This document shows, piece after piece, positions 9,387-16,505 of a stretch of 25,018 nt of DNA; the first letter of the stretch is position 1; each line of letters begins with the position of its first letter. The translations under genes were made by a program, and so were the position numbers. The notes beneath the pieces were generated by a model. It had not been told where the DNA came from. It saw only the letters and a program-made list of their open reading frames with translations, and searched no databases. The stretch is taken from the UHGV virus genome UHGV-0289694; one strand, written 5' to 3'. The DNA comes from a virus.

Positions 9387-9422
9387 TTGAATACCAGGGG
9401 TGTACTGTATATATATACAGTA
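9387..9422 (+). promoter_or_regulatory. SOS-regulated promoter: -35 TTGAAT, 17-nt spacer, -10 TATATA, overlapped by a perfect LexA box TACTGTATATATATACAGTA (9403-9422)
   Basis: The 20-mer is the palindromic consensus LexA operator (CTGT-N8-ACAG) and covers the -10 hexamer. A second palindrome GTATGCATGCATAC follows at 9420-9433. Confidence 0.75.
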
Positions 9423-9469
9423 TGCATGCATACAGCTATCGTGTGTCCGTGGTCGTGATAGGAGGGAAG

Positions 9470-9658
9470 ATGCAGGACTATCTTTTGGAGTCGTTGAAGC
9501 TCCAGCGCATTGATTTTTTTATTAAGCTTGTAGCGGCTAGTGAGTGTAACGACGAAGAAAAGCGGCTGGCTATCCAGTGGGTTTCGGAGTTGACCGATGA
9601 GCTTATGGCGAAGATTCGCGCTCATGAATACAACCGCTCAATGGATCTTCCTGGTTAG
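9470..9658 (+). CDS. Small SOS-controlled protein, possibly a Tum-like antirepressor
   Basis: 62 aa; GGAGGGA RBS; first ORF downstream of the LexA-boxed promoter. 186-type phages carry a LexA-repressed tum gene at this map position, but I did not recognise Tum or DinI sequence similarity. Confidence 0.4.
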   Translation: MQDYLLESLKLQRIDFFIKLVAASECNDEEKRLAIQWVSELTDELMAKIRAHEYNRSMDLPG

Positions 9659-9799
9659 TTTTTCAAAGCTGAAAACAACCGAGTGAAAGTTACGACGCTT
9701 GAACTTTTAACTTGGGTTACAATCAGAACACTCGTTTTCGTTCACAAACGAACCTGCCATACCCTAATGTGGTAATGGCGTTCAATTTTTACTAAATGG

Positions 9800-10360
9800 T
9801 TGCAAATGCTTGTTATGAATCATGTAATGTTAGATATAGAAACATTGGATGTTGAAAAAACGGCTTATATCCTTTCGGTTGGTGCGGCTTTCTTCGTGCC
9901 GGAGACTGGCGAGGTTGGTCCGGGTTTCTATCAAGTTATTTCGCTTGATCATGAACAAGCAGGCAGAACCATTGCCCCCTCCACTGTAAAGTGGTGGATG
10001 TATCAAAGTTCTGAAGCTAAAAACGAAAATTTTGGTGGCACTAAGGACCTTTTAGACGTTCTGAATGAATTTGTGGCGTTTGTTCTTCATAATCGTAATG
10101 GCCGAGTAAAAGTGTGGGGAAACGGGAAAGAGTTCGACTGCACTATCATGCATCATGCCCTGTCACAGGCAGGTCTGGAGTGCCCATGGTCATTCAGAGA
10201 TACTCTTGACGTCAGAACCATCTTAGCGCTTGGTGAAAGCAAAGGAATTTTTTCTCATGCTGACAAAAAGTTCACTGGCATCAGGCACACAGCATTCGAT
10301 GATGTTTTATTTCAGATCGCACTGGTTTCTCATATCTATATGAATTTAAATAAAAAATAA
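9800..10360 (+). CDS. DnaQ-like DEDDh 3'-5' exonuclease (start may be at 9815 or 9827)
   Basis: Exo I motif MLDIETLD (D-x-E), Exo II WGNGKEFDCTIM, Exo III HTAFDDV (H-x4-D); ~180 aa single-domain protein; lower GC than phage core genes. Confidence 0.8.
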   Translation: MQMLVMNHVMLDIETLDVEKTAYILSVGAAFFVPETGEVGPGFYQVISLDHEQAGRTIAPSTVKWWMYQSSEAKNENFGGTKDLLDVLNEFVAFVLHNRNGRVKVWGNGKEFDCTIMHHALSQAGLECPWSFRDTLDVRTILALGESKGIFSHADKKFTGIRHTAFDDVLFQIALVSHIYMNLNKK

Positions 10361-10375
10361 ATATAGGACTTAGCT

Positions 10376-11287
10376 ATGGATTGCTTAGATGTAACCAATT
10401 GGACTGAGCTAGATGTTTTCGCACAATATCCTGTTGGTGCTCGCTCTAAGGCATTGGTTATTTCCCCTGATGTAGCACCCCATGGTATCAAAGCATCGTG
10501 GCCGTATCTTTTTAAGAGAAGTATTAAAAAGTATCCAGATCAATTTTGGTGTGAGATCGTTGCCTACAGGATTGGATTGAAGCTTGGTTTTGATGTCCCC
10601 AAAGCAGTTCCATCGGTAAAGACTAATGATTTGGGGCATACGTTTTGCGGGGCCCTCATTGAGTGGTTTCATCATAAAGATTATGAGAAATTTGCTCCCG
10701 CTGGTGATTACTTTGTCCGAAGAGATCCAAATTTTGATCGCGAGAAAGGAGCTCAGCATTCCCTTGAAGGGCTGAGGATTATCGCGAAAGCTCTTAAAGT
10801 TGACTATGTTGAGTGGTTGGAGGACATGGCTCTCTTTGACGCTGTGATAGGTAATACAGATAGACATCAAGAAAATTGGGGGTTTGTCTTTTCACCTTTA
10901 GCCAGCGAGTGTCAGCTTGCACCATTTTTCGATAATGGTACGAGCTTATGTTACGAACGCTTTCCGGAGCATGTTGCCGATTGGACCGATCATAGACTCA
11001 GGGAGCATGTTGGCCGGGGAAGGCATCATTTGCGTAAGACTCTGGGCAAAGATGAGTATCAGAGATTAGGTCATTTAGAGTTCATCAAAGAACTTTGTGA
11101 TAAAAAAGAAGCATTAAAACAGCGGGTAGCTGAAAAACTGGCTCTTTTGAACCATGATTTTTGGGAGTCAACTTTTGCGGAGTTGACGGAAATAAACTGC
11201 CCTGTTCCGCTGACTAGAGAACGTGCTGCATGGATTGTTCGTGTAACAAACATGCGTATTGAACTGATTAAAGGTGTTACTTCATGA
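10376..11287 (+). CDS. HipA-like Ser/Thr kinase core (HipT-like, lacking the HipA N-terminal subdomain)
   Basis: P-loop-like PVGARSKALV (cf. HipA VAGAQEKTAL), catalytic motif VIGNTDRHQEN (cf. HipA GATDGHAKN; Asp at nt 10859), Mg-binding LAPFFDNG (cf. HipA TPFYD); 303 aa; 15-nt gap after the exonuclease gene. Confidence 0.8.
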   Translation: MDCLDVTNWTELDVFAQYPVGARSKALVISPDVAPHGIKASWPYLFKRSIKKYPDQFWCEIVAYRIGLKLGFDVPKAVPSVKTNDLGHTFCGALIEWFHHKDYEKFAPAGDYFVRRDPNFDREKGAQHSLEGLRIIAKALKVDYVEWLEDMALFDAVIGNTDRHQENWGFVFSPLASECQLAPFFDNGTSLCYERFPEHVADWTDHRLREHVGRGRHHLRKTLGKDEYQRLGHLEFIKELCDKKEALKQRVAEKLALLNHDFWESTFAELTEINCPVPLTRERAAWIVRVTNMRIELIKGVTS

Positions 11288-11988
11288 CTATCTTAATAGA
11301 AAACATTCCCATGCCCAGTAGGCTCTTACTGACATGGCAACCGGTTGACGGAGGCTCTCGCTATGTCGTTGGTGAGCTTCTTCAAGATGAGTCTGAAGGC
11401 TACGAGTTTAATTATCTTACTGATAGCAAAGATTTTGCTAAAGCTAGGGATAACGGCTTTCGCGGTTTTCCTGCTTTTGATATAAAAGTTGCGACTCATC
11501 GCAAAGACGTTATGCAAACCTTTTCAAGAAGGTTACCCTCCAGGAAAAGAGAAGATTTTGACGATTACTTGCTGACGTTTCGTCTTCCTGCTGATTTTAG
11601 AGAGAATGACTTCGTTTTGCTCGCATGTACTGGCGGAAAAGTTGCTAGTGATGGTTTTTATTTTGTCCCAGACTTGTCTTCTGTTCGGCCACCTTTCGAT
11701 TACGTCATGGAGGTCGCTGGAACGAGGCACATGATCAAGGAAGGGCGTCTAGCGCTTGATGAGATATCAATTGGTGATGAAGTCATATTGCGGAATGAAG
11801 ATACCAATACGGTTGATCCGCTGGCCATATTGGTTACGAAAAACGACAATCATCTCGGATATGTCAACAAGGCATTGTGCGCCGCATTACGTGATCTAAG
11901 TAAAAACCATGATGTCAGTGGAGTGGTCGTACGTAAAAATGGCTCTTCGGATAGGCCTTTGATTTATGCAAAAGTATCCGTTCGGTGA
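11284..11988 (+). CDS. Two-domain protein: HipA N-terminal-like (HipS-like) domain fused to a HIRAN-like domain
   Basis: ATGA start/stop overlap with the kinase gene. N-terminal LLLTWQPVDGGSRYVVGELL...FSRRLP...LLACTGGKVASDGFYFVP parallels HipA residues 1-100 (KLVTWMNNQRVGEL...FDNLLPD...IGRDSVGAVTLIP). C-terminal DEVILRNEDTNTVDPLAILVTKNDNHLGYVNKALCAALRDL...VSGVVV fits the HIRAN pattern (L-x-L-x-R-E-x-x-N-x-x-D-x-x-A-I-x-V ... G-Y/H-hydrophobic ... A-x-x-L-A-x-x-hydrophobic-D). Domain calls are from motif memory, not a search. Confidence 0.6.
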   Translation: MTILIENIPMPSRLLLTWQPVDGGSRYVVGELLQDESEGYEFNYLTDSKDFAKARDNGFRGFPAFDIKVATHRKDVMQTFSRRLPSRKREDFDDYLLTFRLPADFRENDFVLLACTGGKVASDGFYFVPDLSSVRPPFDYVMEVAGTRHMIKEGRLALDEISIGDEVILRNEDTNTVDPLAILVTKNDNHLGYVNKALCAALRDLSKNHDVSGVVVRKNGSSDRPLIYAKVSVR

Positions 11989-12089
11989 AGCATGTTTATT
12001 CATGCTTGCCGGTAATAAGGTGCTCTTGATTTAGTGCATGTCTATGCCGCATAAATCCGCATGATCGTTTGATGATCGTTTTAGCTGAG

Positions 12090-12117
12090 GCCCGCCAGGA
12101 ATGGCGGGCTTTTGCTT
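12090..12117 (+). terminator. Rho-independent terminator ending the accessory operon
   Basis: GCCCGCCA-GGAA-TGGCGGGC (8-bp GC-rich stem) followed by TTTTGCTT. Confidence 0.65.
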
Positions 12118-12158
12118 ATGTCATGCAGGCGCATGAAAACTGCTACATAAAGCGGGCA

Positions 12159-12177
12159 GGCGTGGCGGGGATACGAG
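12159..12177. other. Putative cos site (cohesive-end sequence)
   Basis: GGCGTGGCGGGGATACGAG; the first 13 nt match the 186/P2 cohesive-end sequence as I recall it (GGCGTGGCGGGGAAAGCAT), and the location between the A-side accessory region and Q is as expected. From memory only. Confidence 0.35.
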
Positions 12178-12382
12178 CGCGCACTCTGGGGTAAAATGGT
12201 CAAAATCCACCGCAATTTACTGGCTCAGGAACGTAGTTAGTTTTGTAGGTATAAACGGCTCTCACGTTAGATAGGCATGCAGGATGTGTTAAATCGTTGT
12301 GATGAAGTTAACGGTGACTGAGACAGTTTAGGTCTAAGATATAACTTCTGGGTTAGTTAAAAATTGGAATAGTAAGACATTT

Positions 12383-12679
12383 ATGAAAACTACTTATAGC
12401 TATGATTTTCAATATATGCGCAAAGGTCAGGATCGCCCTGATGATGATGGAGAGGTTGTAGGGTGTAATTCAGAAGACAACTCGCTTTTGATGCTTCCAA
12501 ATGTGGGAGACTACGTAACAATTACGAATAAGGGTGGGCGTGCTCAATTTGATGGGCGGGTGAAAACAAGGCTTTTCAATTACCTACGCATTGCTGATGG
12601 TCATGTTCATTGCTCCATTTGCATTGTAGTTGAGGAAGTTGATATGGACTCCGTATGGGGGGCACTAATTAAAGAATAA
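12383..12679 (+). CDS. Hypothetical small protein between cos and Q
   Basis: 98-aa ORF, AT-rich, weak RBS, followed by a terminator hairpin; no motif recognised. It contains Asp-rich PDDDGEVVGC and a C-terminal HCSIC pair. Confidence 0.45.
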   Translation: MKTTYSYDFQYMRKGQDRPDDDGEVVGCNSEDNSLLMLPNVGDYVTITNKGGRAQFDGRVKTRLFNYLRIADGHVHCSICIVVEEVDMDSVWGALIKE

Positions 12680-12685
12680 TAGAAT

Positions 12686-12701
12686 GCCTGCAAATGCAGG
12701 C
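12686..12701. terminator. Bidirectional terminator hairpin between the 98-aa ORF and gene Q
   Basis: GCCTGC-AAAT-GCAGGC palindrome with T-rich flanks on both strands, between convergent genes. Confidence 0.5.
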
Positions 12702-12709
12702 GCTTTAAT

Positions 12710-13750
12710 TTACTCAGAAATATCTAAGTTGTAAGATTCAAAGCAAATCACTTTTTCACCTAGCCAGTTGTTCAGCTCTTGCAGCCGCTTTTGCAGTGGC
12801 ATCAGTTCATTGCGGACAAACACTCGACTAGCCTTCTCCACATCCCCAAACCCCCCGACATTATTAGGCATTATCCCCATCATTTGTGGCGGCACACGAT
12901 GCGCCGCCATCATGTCGTCCCGGCTCACGTTCTTGATATTCAGGAACTCATCCTTCGCCGCCACTTCTGACAACGGGATAATCTGAAGCCCGTCCTTTTT
13001 ACCGTTAGGCGAGTACATAAACAGGTTACGGAAGTTACCAGGACCTTTGGCGCTTTTCATCGCATTGCGGAGGTTGTTCACATCCTCCTGGTTCTGCGCA
13101 GCATCGGTCATGTACATGATGAAGCCTGCATGACTGCCGTTAATGTAATACTTGCGGCGGAACAGCGTGGCGGACTCGTTGAGCAGAGCTGACGGAATGG
13201 CAGAAAGATAACCGGGCAGGCCGTAGATCTCCTGGTTAATGTCCGGTTCCATCAGATGAAAAATGCTGCCTTTCGTGAACTGATACGGCTGGGTTGTCAT
13301 ACCGTATTGCACAAACCAGTAGGTATCCAGGTCTAACCCGCGTCGGGTGTATTTTGCCAGTGCAGGCTCAAGGGCGATAACTTCACCGAAGCGGTTCGTG
13401 CGTTTCTCCAGGTAGGCGTTACCAAAAACCAGATAGTCCTGCACAAAACGCGAAAAAGCCTGCTGGCTGAGCAGCGGGTGAGGGATGTAGGTGCTGGTCA
13501 GAATGTTGCATTTCACTGCAATTGGTGAACTGTGATGCACGGCAGCGCGGAAGGTGCGCGCCAGTCCGTCAAAGCTGACGGGAGGCTCATACCAGCGATC
13601 TGTCTGTACGCATTCCACATAGTCCAGCAGTTCGCGGCGGTCAAGTACTGGAATGGGATCACCGAAGCTGAATGCTTCGGCTGAAGCTTGGCTTTTATGC
13701 TGGATCTGGTTCGTCGCCGCAGCGCATTTTTTTTTACTCTTTCCCATCAA
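12710..13750 (-). CDS. Q: Portal protein (P2 gpQ-like)
   Basis: 346 aa; size, position downstream of the large terminase on the minus strand with start/stop overlap, and overall resemblance to P2 Q. Confidence 0.9.
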   Translation of the reverse strand: MMGKSKKKCAAATNQIQHKSQASAEAFSFGDPIPVLDRRELLDYVECVQTDRWYEPPVSFDGLARTFRAAVHHSSPIAVKCNILTSTYIPHPLLSQQAFSRFVQDYLVFGNAYLEKRTNRFGEVIALEPALAKYTRRGLDLDTYWFVQYGMTTQPYQFTKGSIFHLMEPDINQEIYGLPGYLSAIPSALLNESATLFRRKYYINGSHAGFIMYMTDAAQNQEDVNNLRNAMKSAKGPGNFRNLFMYSPNGKKDGLQIIPLSEVAAKDEFLNIKNVSRDDMMAAHRVPPQMMGIMPNNVGGFGDVEKASRVFVRNELMPLQKRLQELNNWLGEKVICFESYNLDISE

Positions 13751-15513
13751 AAAATCTCCACAATATTGCTGGTATTGGCGGACTCGCCCTGCAGCGGTTC
13801 GTTAAACAGTGCGTGCATTGTTGCCCAGGCCAGATCGGCATGGCTGGCTTCTTCGCTGCGGCTTGCTTCATAGGTCGGGCGGTTGCCACTGGCAGTGGTA
13901 GCGCGACGGATTGCCATAAATGACTGCGCAATGTCGGTGTGCCCGGCGTCAAACTCCAGACGGCGGTGGCTGATAATGTCGTAGGCCTTGAGTACCAGGG
14001 CGTTTTTAACGTTGGGGTTGTAGACAAACTCCCTGACGGCAGGAAAAAACGCTTTCACGTTCTCGTAAACCCCGTGACCGACGCCGGTCGAGTCGATACC
14101 GATATAGGTCACGTTATACTGTTCGGTCAGTTTTTTGATGGCGTCAGCCTGGGCGCGGAAGTCCATCCCGCGCCACTGGTGACGCTCAAGAATGCGGAAC
14201 TTACCACCCGGCACGGCTGGCGGAGCCACCACCACGCATCCGGCACTGTCGCCGTTCTGCGTACCTTTTGCCGGGTCATAACCGATCCACACTTCCCGCC
14301 AGCCAAACGGGCGCAGGGCCAGTGCATGAAAGTCGGTCCAGACTTCCCAGCTGTCCACCATGCACGCCTGCAGTTCGCTGAGCGGGAACACGGACGCGAG
14401 ATCGTCCACGAACTCGCACATCAGCAGGTTCTGGTATTCGTCCGGGCTGTACTCCATGCGCAGCTGGTCGAGGTCGAACAGGTTACAGCCGCCGCGCACC
14501 GCATCTTCCACGGTGACTATCTGGCGGTATTGCCCGTCTGCGCACAGTAGGCCGGGGGCCAGATTGCTGTGGGACAGGTCGATGTCCACCTTGTCAGCTT
14601 TGTTGCGTCCACGGTTGAACAGCGCACCGGACCAGAACGGATAAGCACTGTGGGTCAGGCTGGATGGCGTGGAAAAATAGGTTTGTCGCCATTTCTTGTG
14701 AATAGCCATACCGGAAGCCACTTTGCGCAACTCCTGGAATTTCGGTATCCAGAAATATTCATCCAGATACAGGTTGCCGTGGTAACTCTGCGCCGTGCGG
14801 GCATTGGTGCCGAGGAAGTAAAGCGTGGCCCCGTTAGGAAGCACCATCGGATCGCCTTTCAGCTCCACCTCGACTTCTTTGGCGAAGTCGATGATGTACT
14901 GCTTAAAGACGTGAGCCTGTGCCTTACTGGCAGAAAGGAAAATCTGGTTACGTCCGGTAAGCAGGGCGTCAATCAGGGCTTCACGGGCAAAGTAAAAGGT
15001 CGCGCCGATCTGGCGTGACTTCAGCAGGTTGCGGATGCGGTTGGTTTTTCCGGCTTCCCACCAGTGGCGCTGGTAGTTGAACATGGAGGAATGGAAGATT
15101 TCTTCCAGTTTATCTATCTGTTCATCGGTGAAAACATTCTTTTCCGGCTGACGGCGCGGGCCTTTGTTGCGGTTGGCGACGTTAGGGTTTAAGTCGGCTT
15201 CGTTGCCGCCATTGTTAAACTTGCCGATCCGCGCGTGGCGCTCCGACTGGCGCGCCAGCAGGTCAATTTCTTTGAAATCTTTCCCTTCTTTGTGCTCCTT
15301 CATAATGAGCTGGCAGTAACGTGCGGCGGTGGTGAGCTGCATCTGATCCAGCGGCCCATAGTCACCCCACTTGTCGCGTTTCTTCCAGCTGTGAACGGTT
15401 GCAACTTTCTCGCCCAGCATTTCAGCAATGCGGGCTACGCGGTATCCCTGAAAGTACAGCAGCATGGCCTGCCGACGGGGATCGAGATCTGCGGATGTCA
15501 GTGTGGTGTTCAT
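13747..15513 (-). CDS. P: Terminase large (ATPase) subunit (P2 gpP-like)
   Basis: 588 aa; N-terminal HTH-like region followed by an ATPase/nuclease body; divergent from O as in P2. Confidence 0.9.
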   Translation of the reverse strand: MNTTLTSADLDPRRQAMLLYFQGYRVARIAEMLGEKVATVHSWKKRDKWGDYGPLDQMQLTTAARYCQLIMKEHKEGKDFKEIDLLARQSERHARIGKFNNGGNEADLNPNVANRNKGPRRQPEKNVFTDEQIDKLEEIFHSSMFNYQRHWWEAGKTNRIRNLLKSRQIGATFYFAREALIDALLTGRNQIFLSASKAQAHVFKQYIIDFAKEVEVELKGDPMVLPNGATLYFLGTNARTAQSYHGNLYLDEYFWIPKFQELRKVASGMAIHKKWRQTYFSTPSSLTHSAYPFWSGALFNRGRNKADKVDIDLSHSNLAPGLLCADGQYRQIVTVEDAVRGGCNLFDLDQLRMEYSPDEYQNLLMCEFVDDLASVFPLSELQACMVDSWEVWTDFHALALRPFGWREVWIGYDPAKGTQNGDSAGCVVVAPPAVPGGKFRILERHQWRGMDFRAQADAIKKLTEQYNVTYIGIDSTGVGHGVYENVKAFFPAVREFVYNPNVKNALVLKAYDIISHRRLEFDAGHTDIAQSFMAIRRATTASGNRPTYEASRSEEASHADLAWATMHALFNEPLQGESANTSNIVEIF

Positions 15514-15559
15514 GGCACAAACCTACAGCCTTGAATGAAGGCTTTCCCCGCCTGCGGTT

Positions 15560-15577
15560 TGTGTGGTTGTCGGTACA
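15560..15577 (+). promoter_or_regulatory. Late-promoter activator site, TGT-N12-ACA dyad, upstream of O
   Basis: TGTGTGGTTGTCGGTACA lies ~80 nt upstream of the O start in the Q-P/O divergent intergenic region; P2-family late promoters carry a TGT-N12-ACA element bound by the Ogr/B activator. Confidence 0.45.
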
Positions 15578-15655
15578 AATACCGCGCATTGTTTCACTGC
15601 CCCCATCACCGCAACCATAAGGCTCCAGTAAGTTATTTCTAACGGAGCACGGCTC

Positions 15656-16489
15656 ATGACAGTGAAAGCAAAGCGTTTTCGCATCGGGGTGGAAGGTGCC
15701 ACCACCGACGGACGCGAAATCCAGCGTGAATGGCTGGAACAGATGGCAGCCAGCTACAACCCGGCGGTGTATACCGCGCTGATTAACCTTGAGCACATCA
15801 AGTCTTATCTCCCGGACAGCACCTTTAACCGTTACGGCAAGGTGACGGCGCTGTTTGCTGAAGAAATCACGGAAGGCCCGCTGGCAGGCAAGATGGCGCT
15901 GTATGCCGACGTTGAGCCAACGGAGTCCCTGGTGGAATTGGTGAAAAAAGGCCAGAAATTATTCACCTCTATGGAAGTCAGCCCGAAGTTCGCTGATACG
16001 GGCAAAGCCTACCTGGTCGGCCTGGCTGCCACTGATGACCCTGCCAGTTTGGGTACGGAAATGCTGACATTCAGCGCCAGTGCAGCCCATAACCCGCTGG
16101 CAAACCGCAAGCAGAATCCCGCCAATCTCTTTACCGCCGCAGAGGAAACGGTGATCGAACTGGAAGAAATCCAGGAGGACAAACCGTCCCTGTTTGCCCG
16201 TGTCACGGCGCTGTTTACCAAAAAAGAGCAGTCCGACGATGCCCGGTTCTCTGATGTGCATAAGGCCGTGGAGCTGGTCGCCACTGAGCAGCAAAACCTG
16301 AGCGCACGCACCGAAAAATCCCTGTCTGAGCAGGAAGAACGTCTGTCTGAGCTGGAGACTGCCCTGCAGGCACAGCAGACCGCCTTTAACGAACTGGTGA
16401 ATAAGCTGAGTCATGAAGACAGCCGCCAGGACTACCGCCAGCGTGCAACAGGCGGTAACGCCCCCGCTGACACTCTGACCAATTGCTGA
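15656..16489 (+). CDS. O: Capsid scaffolding protein (P2 gpO-like)
   Basis: 277 aa; first gene of the rightward late operon; ACGGAG RBS; coiled-coil-rich C-terminus typical of gpO. Confidence 0.9.
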   Translation: MTVKAKRFRIGVEGATTDGREIQREWLEQMAASYNPAVYTALINLEHIKSYLPDSTFNRYGKVTALFAEEITEGPLAGKMALYADVEPTESLVELVKKGQKLFTSMEVSPKFADTGKAYLVGLAATDDPASLGTEMLTFSASAAHNPLANRKQNPANLFTAAEETVIELEEIQEDKPSLFARVTALFTKKEQSDDARFSDVHKAVELVATEQQNLSARTEKSLSEQEERLSELETALQAQQTAFNELVNKLSHEDSRQDYRQRATGGNAPADTLTNC

Positions 16490-16505
16490 TGGAGCACAAA
16501 ACCCG

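Noticed and set aside
9353-9658. Longer 101-aa version of the small SOS-controlled ORF
   Set aside because: Its first 39 codons would cover the promoter and LexA box themselves; the internal ATG at 9470 has a GGAGGGA RBS and is the more plausible start.
13939-15018. Plus-strand ORFs of 149-203 aa inside the large terminase gene
   Set aside because: Antisense to gene P; His/Arg/Val-rich low-complexity translations, as expected for shadow ORFs in GC-rich coding DNA.
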